A stretch of 64,000 bases of DNA, taken from the NCBI RefSeq assembly GCF_009834535.1, contig NC_045698.1, forward strand, positions 13,828,001-13,892,000, given 5' to 3'. How positions within the stretch are numbered: position 1 is the first letter of the stretch; each line of letters begins with the position of its first letter. The notes beneath the pieces were generated by a model that saw nothing but the letters and a program-made list of their open reading frames with translations, searched no databases and was not told the origin of the DNA. Of the stretch, positions 1-14,107 are shown piece after piece. This stretch comes from Camelus ferus (lineage: Eukaryota). Position numbers and translations under genes: made by a program.

Positions 1-2278
1 GCAACACACTCCGAACTGACAGTCAACCCTTCATGAGTGTAGTCAAGGGAAATTCAAGGGAAGGTTGCGTTCAGCTTCCTTTGCTTTTTCCTCATTAAAA
101 TCAGTGTATCACATTTTAATAAATAATTGTGTTGGATGTCCTCATGGAAGACTATGTCGATATTGTTCATTTTTCTCATGTTTGTTTACACATTCCTTAC
201 ATTTTTACCCACTTTTACTTTTCTAATATGGTTGTATGACCATCATGCAATGTTCGGAAAAGACTTTTTGGAATGAAGGAGTTTCGGGCAAACTTACATG
301 TAACACTCCCACTGGCACAAAAGGTTTAGCTTAATGCTCTAATAATCCAGTCAAGATGTTGAACTGGAAACATCAGTAAGCATCACTTTTTACTTCAAGG
401 AAACATCCTTGACATTGGGTGGCACGGATAGCAAGGAGTTATCATTTTGGTTCTAACCTAAAAAGGAGTCGGAGATACTGAAGAATCACAAGCCATTTAT
501 GACAAAATAAAAACAAAATTTCAAAAGAGATTCACAGATTTGAGCCTGTAGGAATCATAGATAAAATACCTGCATCTGACCAGGCAGTGCAAACACTGAA
601 TTTTCAAGACTTTTGTGAGAGAAATAAAACACCAGGAAACCTGGAAATAAGCCTGTTAATAAGAAAACTAAAGTTTTTAGTTGTGCATCCTTAGGAATAT
701 CCATTTTTTTAATGACAAAATGATTAAATGTTAAAAATGAAACACTTTGAGTGAAATCAGATAAGAAATTTTTTTTAAATGTGTGGAATTTTTGAATCCT
801 CTAGATGTGAACAAACTTAGAAACCCATGCCTTAAGCATCCTCTTTAAAGATGAGTAGCCTTACAGCCAGTAATACTGACCCACGGTACAGCACCCCGCT
901 TGTCACCTGGGAGGCGAGACTACATAGTCTTGTGTCTTGTTTTCAGTTACTCTTTTACAACATCATGCCACTTTCTTTTCATTGATTATTTGGCAAGATA
1001 CTACCTGTCATGAAGCATTCAGCCATTTACATCGTATGGCTGCTATTTTTATCTGGAAGCTAGTTAAATTTAAATTGAATTAGTGATGCAGAGAACAGAG
1101 ACCCTGACATGGAAGAGTTTTTCTCTGGCCCAATCACTGTTGCATAGCTTATAATTTTTTTTTTATTCCTACCTTTCAGTTTCCTCTCTTGCAAAGTTGA
1201 AAAAAAAATTTTTTTAAGTTTCTGCTTGTCTAAAAACTAGTAACCAAAGATAATTTTACAAGTTGTAAGAGGCTAGACAAATGTTGTCCTTGACAATAAT
1301 GCTGTTTGCCATAATGGTTATGTCATATTTCATCAGATTGGATATGCCAACTTCTAAAATAGTGAAAAAAATAAAAAATAAAATAATGAAAGAAGTAGCT
1401 GGAGTCCTGTAAAGGCAAATGAATTATGGAATATTGAGAGAAATCTCTAACACACACATCTATGAAAATTTTAATAAATTGATTATATATGCATCTACAC
1501 AAAATTTCAACAGACATAACATTTCTCATTACACACTTCCACTCTATTTTCATAAAATAAAATCCCATTTTCTCTCAGAATGGCCACTTTCCAACACTTG
1601 TGGATTAATATAATAACCATCTCCTTGGGGACACATCAAAAGACATCTCATATAAGTTTGACTTCTTTGGGCAGAGAGCCAATTTTATTATTCTGCTGTT
1701 ATTTAAGTGCCTTGAATTCCATTCTACAAATGCTTATGTAGCGTAAGCTAACCATGATGGCTGACTTTCTAAATGAAATTGGCATTGGTTGACAAAGAAT
1801 AACTTTCTATCTTATCTGTGGGCTGTGGTGATTCAGTATTTATTCTAAGGACTAGATCTTAAAGATGACAATGAAGATATTATTTGTTGATACTATTTTC
1901 AATTGGTAATGAAGATATTAATTACTTATATAATGTAGAATATACAGTTGTGAAATATCTGACATTTTAGTTCAGTTCACTTTCTGTTAACTATGCAATT
2001 CAACTCTAGTAGAAAATTTGGTCATTTTGATTGTGACAATGGCTTAAAGGATATATGCATATATTAAAATTTATCAAAATGGTTCTTTTAATTATGTGAA
2101 TTCTATTTTATGTTAATTATGCCTTGATAAATTTGTATACTTAACAAATCTTCAGTCATTTGGAATCATGTGAATTTAAGATTCAAAACAGGACATATGT
2201 TTAAAGGATATATTGATGTTTAAACACAGAATACACTAAGAGATAATATATTTTTCTAATGGCTATGGTGATCTTTAG

Positions 2279-2468
2279 CTGCAGTAATTAATATAGTTAT
2301 CCACTAGCCATGAATGTGACTATGTAAATTCAAATTAATTAAATTTAATAAAATCAAACATTCAATTTTTCAGCTGGCCAACAGTCATATATGACTGTGG
2401 CTACCATATTGGAAAGCTTAGATTAGAGAAATATCCATTATTAGTGAATATTATATTGAATAGTACTA
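2279..2468 (-). mobile_element. MER3-like hAT-Charlie DNA transposon relic
   Basis: ccactagcca...aaattaattaaatttaataaaat...gtggctaccatattgga matches the recalled MER3 consensus in reverse orientation. Confidence 0.7.
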
Positions 2469-2989
2469 TGATATAGTGTCAGGAAACAAATTTTCACAAG
2501 TTACTGTGTGTGACACATTGCCAGTAGAACATCTAAAACTGTTGATTAGAAGAAAAAATATATTAATTTACTCACCAAGTAAATAGTAAAGCATAACACT
2601 TGCCTTTCCACCAAGGCAATGTACAAAAATTGACAGCAAAAAACCAATGAGAATAAGAATATTGCTAAGACACAAAGTAGTAAATACATTTTGTAAAAAC
2701 TAGTTAGAAGACAAACCAAAAATCTGACAGTGGATGAACTGCTGACTTCATACTTAGAATGTTCCAAAAGTCATCTTCTGCATAATGTAATATGGAATTG
2801 TCCGGCCATAAACATTGATGGCTGTAATTAGTTGTTGAAGGCCACATTTCTGTAAAGTCTAAATATAAATTGCAGCTGATTCATATTTCAAGTAATAAAA
2901 AAGTTTATAATTCTTGTTTTTATCTAGAATAATAACTGCTTTTATTTGTATTGCAATTTAAAACTTTATTTTTATAGAAATGTATTCAT

Positions 2990-3400
2990 TTATCCCCAAT
3001 ACATTTGTGTCTAGCTAAGTTACTAATCTCTCTTTACCATTAATATATTATTTTTAGATTCTCTCAGATGGTCTACTTGGACAATCAAATGATCTCAAAT
3101 AAAGGCAGGGTTTGTTTGTTTTTTACCCCTGCAATTCTTGTCAATAGACTGTCTACTTTTCTTTCTTTCTTCCTGATCAGGTCTTCCATACACTGAATAG
3201 TAGACTCAATAATGAATAGTCCACACTTGATTCTAATAGATTTCTCATTGAAAATCATTGTTTCTACCTTCATTTTCAGTAAAGAGTTATTAAGTTACAT
3301 GTCTTCAGTTTTTGGTTTCCTAAAACTTTTTATCATGAAAGTTTGTTAAGTTCATCAGATTCTCCTTATACTTTTTTTGAATCATCGTGTTTGTGGATGT
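2990..3400 (-). mobile_element. Ancient L1 ORF2 fragment
   Basis: T-rich degenerate sequence resembling antisense L1 ORF2 (ggacaatcaaatgatctcaaataaa...tttttatcatgaaagtttgttaa). Confidence 0.45.
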
Positions 3401-3646
3401 GTGTTTATCTTTTCATGGCTTGGCCCTAATGGACCCAACATATTGGTCTTGCATCACAATCCCTATTATCTCTGGTCTCAAAGAAGCTGAGAAAGAAATT
3501 AAATAGGTCAGCTGAGGTGTCCCTTGTCCTAATACTAGCCTAGTATGAGGAAATTTTGTATTTTATTCTTTGTGCTTTCTAAAAGCCAGAACTGAATACA
3601 AGAAAAATGTCAAATAACAACACATTAAGGTGGCCAAATACTAGAA

Positions 3647-4046
3647 CTGAATTGTCCAATCCATGGGCCACTAAAGACATATGGTTATTAAGCACTTGAA
3701 ATGTGGGACTGCATTTCATTTTAACTGATGAAAATTTGGTGAGATGTGTTTTATTGTAAAATATATAGCCAGTTTAAAGACATATCAAAAAATAAAATAT
3801 CTTATTAACATTTATATTGATTGCATATTTAAGTGATACTTTTGATACATTTGATATTTTTATATATTGAGTTAAATAAAATATGTTATCAAAACTAATT
3901 TTATGTGTTTCTTAATGCTTGTTTTTAATGTGGAAATTAGTAATATGCGTAATTACATATTTTATATTTATATAAATGTATGATATGCTCATATTTATAT
4001 AGTTACTCAAATATTTTATCACACATAATATTTGTCGGATAGCACT
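3647..4046. mobile_element. MER33-like hAT-Charlie DNA transposon relic
   Basis: tgtccaat...gccacta...aagcacttgaaatgtgg...gagatgtg...tatattgattgcat...gttaaataaaatat...ggatagcact follows the recalled MER33 consensus. Confidence 0.75.
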
Positions 4047-4916
4047 AGTATAAAGACAGTACAGAAGAACTAAATATGATATTTAAACCAACAGTCTCTA
4101 AAGGTGAGAGACTATATTTGCATATAAATGATGCTGATGGTATTTAAGGAAATACAACTAAAATCACATAAAGATCTAGATATTAAAATCAACAACAAAA
4201 GTAGACAAATTGGAGGGTGGATGACGACCATCAGTCCCTAAGTTAGTGATCTCTGGTACCAAGTCAAAGACATATCTAAAAACTCAAAGTGAAAATACCA
4301 AGACAGAAATATGAAGGAATAAGACTTTCAATAACTTACATGTTAATGAAGATATTGTTATGATAAGAAAAGGAGCTGGTGGAAGAGACAAATAGTTAAG
4401 CACAGAATGGAAGGCAATACTGACAAGATGGAGAAATACCCATTCCTTCAGTTTGAAAGTCTGAAACCGTGAAAAACAATGCAAACTTAGGCAGTCCCTA
4501 TAAATGTCTCGAATTCAAGAAAATCTGCTGCCAGAGAGTGAGATAACTTATGAAAACATGATGAAAATAATAAACTATTTAGTATCAGAATTATTTTCAA
4601 CATACAAAACATTACCTCCCTTGAAACAAGAATAAATTTTCTTACATATCCACGCAAGATTTAAAAGAACATTTACCAGGCCATTTGGCTACAATATTTT
4701 AAACTTTCAAAAATGCAAGCCATATTCCCAGATCATAATACAATGAATTATAAATATAATAAAAGTGTAACCTAAAATATTAAATACTTAGAATTTTAAA
4801 AATACTTGACTAGGTAATTCTATGAATTATTTTAATGGATGTATATACTAATGCATTCATTTATATGGCTTAGCAGGGATATGTGGTTGAAAATTGCAGA
4901 GAGTTCTAATTGTACC

Positions 4917-4936
4917 TGTGTGTGTGTGTGTGTGTG
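4917..4936. repeat. (TG)10 microsatellite
   Basis: Seen directly. Confidence 0.95.
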
Positions 4937-6603
4937 TATACATTCAGCACATGAAGAAACAAAGTGGATAAGAGGAAGCTCAAAGCTAAGCCTTCACTCT
5001 TCTTTTATGAAAGCAAATTTTTACCTGGATTCTTAAGTAAAGAGAGGACTCCCAAGACAAGCATGAACTTGATAAGATTTTTTCCCCGTGCAGTGATGGT
5101 AATGGTCTACTGCAAATGTGAATTTCTTTATGACCCCCAAAATCCTGAATGAATGCTCAAAAAAAAAAAACAGAAGCAAGTGATGGCAATGAATATATTC
5201 TCAAGCTAAAAACTACTGAGCATGGTTCACCATGTCTTTTTCATATATTTTCTTTTAATTTGAGGTTTAATACAATAACAACTATTGTGGGGTTTTGGGT
5301 TTTTTTTTTTTTTTTTTGAGCTATATCTGGCATGATTCGTTACTAACCTTTAGAGAATTGTTCTGAAATAAGAGTTTTAAAAGAAGAGCGTGGAAATGCA
5401 AACTAATTCTCTTTCTGGCAACAAGGGAATGTGATATTTTCAAAGACAGAAAAGCCTCTGTGAAAAACACTTCAAATATTTGATAAAATACAAAGACATA
5501 CTTTTTTAAAAGACACTTCTGAGCAGACAGTCACATAAAGGGAAACTTCACAAGCTCCAAACAATGAAAAAGCATGAATCCAGAAAGGAAGACAAGCTGT
5601 CTAAACAGCAGTGGTCCCATAGGCTTCTGTTACTCACTGATGACCTGGAAATTATGCCTTAAAGGACTATAGGGAGACAGGTGGAAAAACTAATGGGCTC
5701 ATGAAAGTTGGGAATTCAGATTAGAAACCCTGTCATAAGTCTAGCAGCAAGAAAAATGAGACATGAGACACAATGAAAGTGAGAATTAAGAAAAAAATCA
5801 CACTGTAAAAAGAGACAGAAATGAGAGTGGCCCATCACTGTCTGGGGGTCTGGATCTGAAAAAGTATAAATAAGATCAACAAAAACCTTCCTCCAAGAAT
5901 TGGTAAACACATTCTAGCCATAAAACGAGGATGGAAAAGGACCCAAATTGCAAATGCCATCGAAGAGATTATTTCACTTGAGATAGCTCTTGGTTGATGA
6001 TAACTCTACTACAGACGGAGAATTAATCAAATGGCCACATTTAGTCTAACAGATTGCTTATTCTTACGTTCTCCCTTAAAACAGTTAACTGACCTGACTG
6101 ATCGGTTGCTACTCACAGCTCCAGGCCAGTTGTTAAAATAAAGCTATTAATTTTACTGTTCCTGCTTTATTCCAGTAATCGAAAGTAATAATCATACTTG
6201 GTTTCTGAGTTGTTCTCCAGGGAGAAGGTCACAGAACTATAACCTTAAAAAAATTGGTTACATACAAAGAAGACCACACCTTGGGTGCTTAGGAGATAAA
6301 GAGATCAAAAAAGTGACAACCACTAGCTTCTATAGAGTTGGTGGCCTGGAGGCATCATGATGCCACTTTAAGGCTCATGATGAGAAAATGATGCTGTTGA
6401 CTATTTAATGTTTGATCACCCTATCTGATCACCCTATCCCACCTGCAAGGTGGGTTCACAGTTTTGAAGGCACCAGCTGTCTCTTTTCTTCTAAGCTTAA
6501 AGACCCTGTTTCTGAGTTTCAATTTGGCTCATCAAGGATGGTGGCCGATCTTTTGGCAACAGTACTGGACAAGATAATGACAAAAAAAATCTTTCCTTAA
6601 TCT

Positions 6604-6780
6604 ACATATTCTAGTTCCTTATTATTCCATAATGAATCACCTCAAATTTAGTCATGTACAACAGCAACAGTCATTTATTTTGCTCCCAAATCTGCAATTC
6701 AGGAAGAATTTGTGGTGACAGCTTGTCTTCCTTCCATCAGACATCAGCAGGGTCATCTCTAAGACTGGAAGACTAAGGAT
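6604..6780 (-). mobile_element. MLT1 (ERVL-MaLR) LTR 3' fragment
   Basis: aatcacctcaaatttagt...acagcaacagtcatttattttgctc...tctgcaatt resembles the reverse complement of an MLT1 3' end. Confidence 0.55.
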
Positions 6781-6929
6781 TCTGGAAAGAAAAAAATACT
6801 AATGAAAATAGATGCACTCAATATATTTAACTAAATAAAAAGGCTTATCAGATATATGATTAAAAAAATGGGTGTGTTAAAAATGACCAGTCATTCTTGG
6901 TTTCAGTTTCCACACATAAAAATTTTGGA

Positions 6930-7550
6930 AATAGTCATTAAAAACTTAGGAAATTGACAAAATTCTTTCAAATTTGATAAAATGAAAATGGGAAAGGAAG
7001 AAAATAATTTTAAAATAAAAAGGAGATGAATGCAGATGCAGTAGATATTAAAAAGATAGTAAGAGAAGATGACAATCTTCTTAAAAATTTAAAATAGTTT
7101 AAAAAATAGAAAAGTGTGGCTTTATTAAAACTGACTCAAGAAGAATGAGAAAAGCTGGATATTTCTATAAGCATTAAACAATTGAATCAAGAATTAAAAG
7201 TCTCTCTCTTTTCCACTCTCCCTTCCCCTGCTGCAGGCCCAGATAATTTTGCAGACGAGTTCCATCAGGTTTTCAAAGAACAGATTTCCCCAATTTGATA
7301 TAAACTATTCCAGAAAATAAAAATATGGTAAAGTCCATAATTTTTATATTAATGCTAGAATAACCTTGACCCCACAATTAGGAAAAGTAATATGAGAAAT
7401 TAAAGCAGTGAGCCAATTTCATTCATTACTATAGATACAGAAAACTAAGTCAAAATATTAGCAAATTGATTCCATCAGCTTTTATAAAAAAATAATATAT
7501 ACAATTTGAGTCTCTTTTAGAAAATTTACTAACATTAAGAAACTGTCAAT
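6930..7550 (+). mobile_element. Ancient L1 ORF2 fragment
   Basis: ggcccagataattttgcagacgagttccatcaggttttcaaagaacag...aaactattccagaaaata is a degenerate form of the L1 ORF2 GPDGFTGEFYQTFKE...KLFQ segment. Confidence 0.75.
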
Positions 7551-9337
7551 TAAGAGACTGGAGGAGGATACACAGCTGGGTCTTCTTTTCTGGTGAATGC
7601 ACCCAGTTCAAGCTGCTGTGTGTGCCTTCTATGCAGAATATCCCTTAATTGACAAGAACCACCTTTCTGGAAGATTCTGGAGAACTCCCTTGAGCAGCCC
7701 ATCATGAATACCAGAGTATGAAAGCCAGGAACATTTGCTTTAACTGGGCACGATTCTTTGGCATGATTTATGCTCCAGAAACCTTCCCTACACCAGGGTT
7801 ATTGACAGTAATTTTGGCCAATGATAAAATGTAAGCTTTCCAAAAATATATCTTAGGAGGAGAAAATCACAGAAGAAATGATTCCATTGAAATAAGGCAC
7901 AAAAATACACATCGCTGGAATTATAAGGAAAAACGAAAGTCAAGATAGTGGCTACCTCTGAGAGAAGAGATAGTGTAATTGGGCAAAAGCTCACAGGGAG
8001 CTTTAAATATACCATATTATTTCTTTATTTTTCTTTATTCATTACATGTATAGATAATTATTTATAAACTATATATGTATTTCATGACTAAAACTTAAGT
8101 CATTATCTATTAAATCTGACTCTCATCAATGATCATTTCCCCTCCATCGCCCCAGAAGGAAGTCTCTCCCTTGGTCCAGAATGGTTAGAAAATCAGTGAC
8201 TGCACTTGACAATACACAGCAACACTCATACTTCTGGGTATTGGGTCAATTCATAGAGTGAAAAATACATGCATCGGTAACCTCAGGGAGCTCCATTCAA
8301 ATCTGAGAGCTCTTGGGGCAAATTACAGGGACTCTCTCAATATCATAGCACCATGTTATTACACAATAATTAATAGACATCCAAATATAATAAACACTCA
8401 CATAGCCTCCAGCCTTTGAAAATTCCTAAATAGAATAGATATGAGGCAGAATATAGAGGAATACCTGGCCTCTCCTCCAAATTCTGTTTTCTATTTCCTT
8501 CTACTCACAACCCAGGGACGTCCGGTTTTTAATTGTTATTCATACATTGTTTCTTGTGATCAGATTTCTCTGCTGCTGTTTTGCTAGTTCATAATGTTTT
8601 GAATTATCTCTGGGTATTCACAGCTCAGGGTTAAAATTTTCAACCATCTTTTCCTGGAAAACCTTACTGTTTTGTGGGATGCAGGAAAAAATACGTTTTA
8701 AGACAGTGTCATATGGGATACACCCAATGATTATGAATTGGTAACTTTCTTGTTATCTCTGTGCTTGTTCTAAGATCTTTCTATTGTGAGCTGTGATCTG
8801 GATCTAGGAACAACCGTAAACTGTACGTGCTCAGACTGATGCTTTATTCCTCTTTTAATAATCTGATTTTGATTTCTGAAATTTCTCCCTCCTTCTTATT
8901 TCAGGGTAGGTTTATTTTTCCTTCCAGTTTCTACCTGAAAATTCTACCACTGCAGGCTTTCCTAAGGAGAGACTCATACTGAGTACTTTCTCCTATTACC
9001 AAGAATTTGATTTCCCAAGGTCATACAGAAAGTGCCTGCCATGAGCTATCTGTCCCGATTTTACTAGTCTTTTCTTGTAGTAATATGAATGATTGAGGTA
9101 TTTTCACTCCTCAAAGATTTGGGGGGTTTATGTCTTTTTTTCATGTGACTTGCCAATCTTATCTTTGTCAACCTCTGCATAGTGGTAGGCATATGTTTTT
9201 ATTTAGAAGTATAACTGAGCAGGATGAATTCTTGTCTTCATGCTCTACAATGCTCCCTAAGGATTCTTAGTCCCCCATTGCCATGAAAAAAAAACTCCAA
9301 CTCCAAATATCTACCCCTGCTTTAATCTTGGTGTGGT

Positions 9338-9543
9338 TGTTACCGAGAGGAGGGAAATAAGAATTAAAAAAAAAAAAAGATTTCTATTGAGAGATGGAAA
9401 GTGTAATATAAACAAGATTTTATTAGCAAAGTAAAAAGGTAGTAAAACACAGTGCACTCCTGAGAACTGGGAGCGGTCCGACCCAAGAGAGGAAAAATGG
9501 TGCCGCTCCTTTGCTTTTCTTGTTTTTACATCCTGGCTTAGGG

Positions 9544-9586
<43 letters not shown>

Positions 9587-9961
9587 TTGATTGATTTATG
9601 GCACAGGTTCTTTGAGAGCTCAAGCTGATTGACAGCTCAGGTTCCTTGTGCTCAGGCACACCTATCCCTTTTGTGCAGGTTCTTACCCATGATGCACATA
9701 GAGAAACCTAAAGGAGGGGCTCAAACTGCAATGTTAATTACATTATAATGAGCACTGGGCCAAGTTAAGTTGGGTCCTTCTCTCTGTTGCGCAGCCGCAG
9801 CGTTTGATCCTAGCCGGCTTCTTTGCTGGCCCTCATTTAGAGTAAGTAAAAGTTTTTGGAGCCCCTTATCCTGAGCGCAGGTGCACTGTTATTTTCTGGG
9901 TTGCTCCTTTTCCCTTCGTCCTCCCCCTGCCCGGTGCTCATTTCTCTCTAACTGCCAAACA
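9338..9961 (-). mobile_element. ERV1-like solo LTR
   Basis: Minus strand begins TGTTTGGCAGTTAG and ends CTCGGTAACA (TG...CA termini). AATAAA lies about 80 nt before the 3' end. GC and CpG content are raised relative to the flanks. Confidence 0.75.
9548..9585. repeat. (TG)19 microsatellite inside the LTR
   Basis: Seen directly. Confidence 0.95.
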
Positions 9962-12900
9962 CGATCACTAGCACTTTATAAAATAATCCCTCGTTTACTT
10001 TTCTTTCCGTGCTGTCAGGGTCTGTTCTGTTGTAACTTTATCAGGAACTTCCTTTTGGACATTAAAATTTCAATTTTTAAATTTTTTCTTCAAGAAATTA
10101 GGTGCAACCTGGCTCAGTCGCTGGTTGGTCCTCTTTAAAACACCACTGGCAAAAAGCAGTGATGAAACGTACCAGGGAGTAACACTTGAGAACTGTCCAA
10201 GTCCACCAACACTGATGTTTGTGTATTTTGCCTTTTTTGTGGGGGTGGAGAGGGGACTTGTTCAATGGTCTTTTTTGTGTAAAGTCTGAATGAAGATTTG
10301 AGAGAATGGTCCTTTGACGGAAATATAAGTAGCTACTGAAGTAGACTTCAGAGGGATTTATGAAGAGTCTTAGTTGTCAAATTTGTTGGTTGAAAGAAAA
10401 TAAGATTTGGGAAAGGAAAAGGTGTGTAATTCTGTTATTTTACTTATTCAGTGATTTCTACCTTGTCAGTGAACAAGAAGATTACACTGACATTTAACAG
10501 AAAGGGGCTGGTGTGTGGTCAGAATAGAGAGGAAAGTAAAAATTTTCTCAAAATATATTCTTGTTTCCAATAAGATCTGTTGTCTTAATAGTCTTAAATT
10601 ACTGTGTGCTAATAAAATTTACTGATGCAACTTCCTCAAAAGGAAAAAAAAAAATGTTTCTTTTCCTGTATGTGGACTATGAAGTTTTATTGTCTGGCAG
10701 GTGAAGGATTAGCATCTAAAGAAATCATTTTTACTTGATTCAAAACCTCCTAAATTGGAACATTCTTCTTTGAATTGGAGAATAGATTATATTCTGTATT
10801 GGAGATGTAATTCTATCACAATTAATAATATATTAATACAAATCAACACTGGTGTTTATATGTTATGGGTAGAATGGAGGTAAAAATTAGAACTTGAAGG
10901 AAAGGCCAGGTTTTCTTCTAGATCCTGCATCAAATATATTCTATTTAAGAATTTCTAAGCACTAGATGATATTTGAGAGTTTATTATATTTTGGGTGTTT
11001 ATTAATTATTGCATAATAACCTGGTGTTGTTATCCATGACAAAGTCCCTGTAATTCCCACCAAACAACTTTCAAATATTATAAAAGTGTGTTCCCTTAAT
11101 CATGAAAAATATACTTCATGCCTATGCTAATGAGTTCTGTTTCTCTTGACTTTTTAGTTTTCACGAAACTCCAAATATTCTTGCTCTAAACATTTCAATT
11201 ACATTTCTTCCAAAAAATCACAGAAACTATTTTTCTTATTTTTAAAATAATGATATCAACAAAAGAACCTGATTTTTATTTTTAAAAAGATTCTGAAACA
11301 CAGAAGTGAAAAGAATGTATAATTCATAATGCAATTCTAATTTATTCATTTAATCTTATATTTAGATTCTTACGTACTAAATGTATTAAAGGAAATCCAA
11401 GACACATAGTGAAATAGAGATTGTAATTTCCTGTGTCCTCTGCAAAGTGAAAAGAAGGATCGAAAATGCTAATACTAGAATGATTCTTTCACTGGCCTTT
11501 TTTGTAAGGGGTGCATCACCATCCTTAGTTTATGTTGCAACTTTGCGAAGCCTTCATACCTGTAATGTACAGCTCAAGTCACAACTTACTGAGGCGAGAG
11601 TTTGGGGAAGGTTGAGGGAGCAAGAAACCATCATAATAATACTGCTCAATTTACCAAGAATTTGACTCATTTCTGCATTTCACACACAAGATTACATCTG
11701 GTATTCAGAACAATTTCGTGAGGCAAATATAAAGATGGTATGATTTCTATTTTAAATTGAAGAGGAATTTAAGCAATGTTTAAATTGACATTTACCTTAT
11801 ACAAGTAGTTATAATCATGGATTCCTGACATGGTCTCAATCCTGGGTTTCAAATCCTAAGGGATTTTTTTTTTTCCTCGTGTTAATCTAAGTATAGATAT
11901 TTTCTGTTGAATATTTTCCATTTTCAAACTTTAATTCAAGACATTGATTAGGAATTAAGAAAGCTGATTTTGTTTGACCTGATTTTTTTAAAGACTATTT
12001 GTCCCATAAGTCCTTTTACTCTCCTATATTTCTCATTCTCTCAGACTGAAACAGACAGCTAAGGAGGGCAGGGCAGCTAACTGAAGACTGCAATGAAAGG
12101 AAAGGACAAAAAGCTGGTAAGAGGCAGTGAAGGGGCATTTATCTTCCTATACTTTGGAAAACATATTCGGAGTAGACTTTAGTGAAATACAAATTAAAGG
12201 AGGCTTAAGCACAGCACTGCATTTCAACCTACACTAGAAGATATGCTTAAAAGAACATTTTAATGAAGTGCCTTATTGATATGCTAACTTCCATTTATTA
12301 TTACTGTGGGATCAATGAGAAATTCTGTGCAACTGAAGAGAGAAAACATCCCTTAGGTGATGAAATCTGGAAAACTTGCTCAGTGTTAGATTTTTCTGAA
12401 AAACCATTTTCTAATTTTCCTTTTAGATAAAAGAAAGGGTATCAAAAATACACTGATATTTAAAAACAAATTATAATTATACTTTAAACTTATAAAACAT
12501 GATATTAAAAATGCTTAGAAAGGAGTAAAGCACTATTTTAATTCCATTTTTAATTTCAGTGGCTTATGAAATGGATCATCTAAGCCATTTGCAAAATTTC
12601 ACATGAATAAAAATGACATTCTCCTCCAGCTATTTTTGGAAGAATGAAGCCAGTATGACTTGCCGGAGACTGGAAATGCACCATGTGGCAAGAGCTAAAA
12701 AACCAAACCACATCATGGCAGGAAACCTCAAGCTCATGAGAAAGTGACTGTCATGGAATATTTTTCTGAATGCAAGTTTATTACTTTTCCATGAAGAAGA
12801 TCATGATTAGTGACACAGGGAGAGAAAATGTGATGAAAGTGTACACCTTGAAAACAACATGATAACTACTTTCTATTTCTAAAAAAGATTTTCTCGCATT

Positions 12901-13739
12901 TGTTCTGGAAAACACATGAAATATAGAAATTGCTCAAACATAGTTTTTCAAGGTTGTTTAAAAAAAGTAAGTAAATGTGAAAGAAGAAAAGGTGAGAGAC
13001 AGAAGATTTCAAAGTAGGGATTTCCAAGTCTAAGAAACTCACCTCTAACTATGATATTAAATAAATCATTGGAACTTCATATTATATGATAGTTACTTTT
13101 GGAAAATAAATTTTTATATAACACTATGTGATATGTTTTGTTTGAGGTATTAAAAATAACTGATACAGTTTAAATAAGGCATCAATTTGGTCTTTGGTAT
13201 TTACATATTATTACCTTCTAGTCCAAAAAAAACAAAGTGTTTTATAACTCAAACAATGATTATAGTGGATAGACATATTTATCCAGTGAAGAATAAATTT
13301 ATATGAACAAATACTGTTCTTAGAAGTATCTCCTTTGCCCTCATTTTAATGCATTTTTACTAGGATGAGTAAATTGGTCAAAGTAAATGACCCCCCACAA
13401 TCAAAACCCTGAAATGTAAGTTGCTTATCACTTTTTCTTTTTTTTTTTTTTTTTTTTTGACCTTCTCAAGATCTATTCCTAAATGGGTAATTATCTTTTG
13501 GAAATAATTCAAGTAGTCTAATATTCCTCCTGTAGGTACGTATAACTCTGTAATCTTTAAGATACCTCTACTGAATGACAAATAGACATTACTGAAAGGC
13601 TGACTTTCGTAAAAGAGAAATCTACCCATGGTCCCTATTCTGTTTAGAGGAAAAATAAACTCAGTGACATTGGTGAATAAGTTCCACTGAATCATCTGAA
13701 ATCTAAATCCACTTTCTCTTAACATCTTACATCATTTTT

Positions 13740-14107
13740 ATTTCCCTACGTGAATCCTCTATTCCACATAGAACCTTTGGACCATTGTTTGAACGGCTCC
13801 TTCTGCTTCTGCCTCCCTCTGCACTTGTGTCATCTCGCATGTCCTCTGGAGGACCTCAGCATTGCACACAACTAACATAGGTTTAATGTGACCCTTCCAC
13901 CTTTTCTCAGTGTTGTATCTGAGACTATTTTAGAACAGTTGCCACTTTTTGCTTTATATTATATTGTCTATAGCTTTTCACATGGAAGTCTTAACTCTCA
14001 AGCGGACTTCTTTCTTTTTACTCTCTTCACAGTGCTTGGGATAGTATCTTACAGGTAATGCATTTAGAAGAGCTTACTCAATAAATAAGTGTTAGAGTGT
14101 ATGAATG
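13740..14107 (+). mobile_element. L2 3' end fragment
   Basis: Pyrimidine-rich body ending cagtgcttgg...actcaataaataagtgttagagtgtatgaatg, resembling the L2 terminus. Confidence 0.5.
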
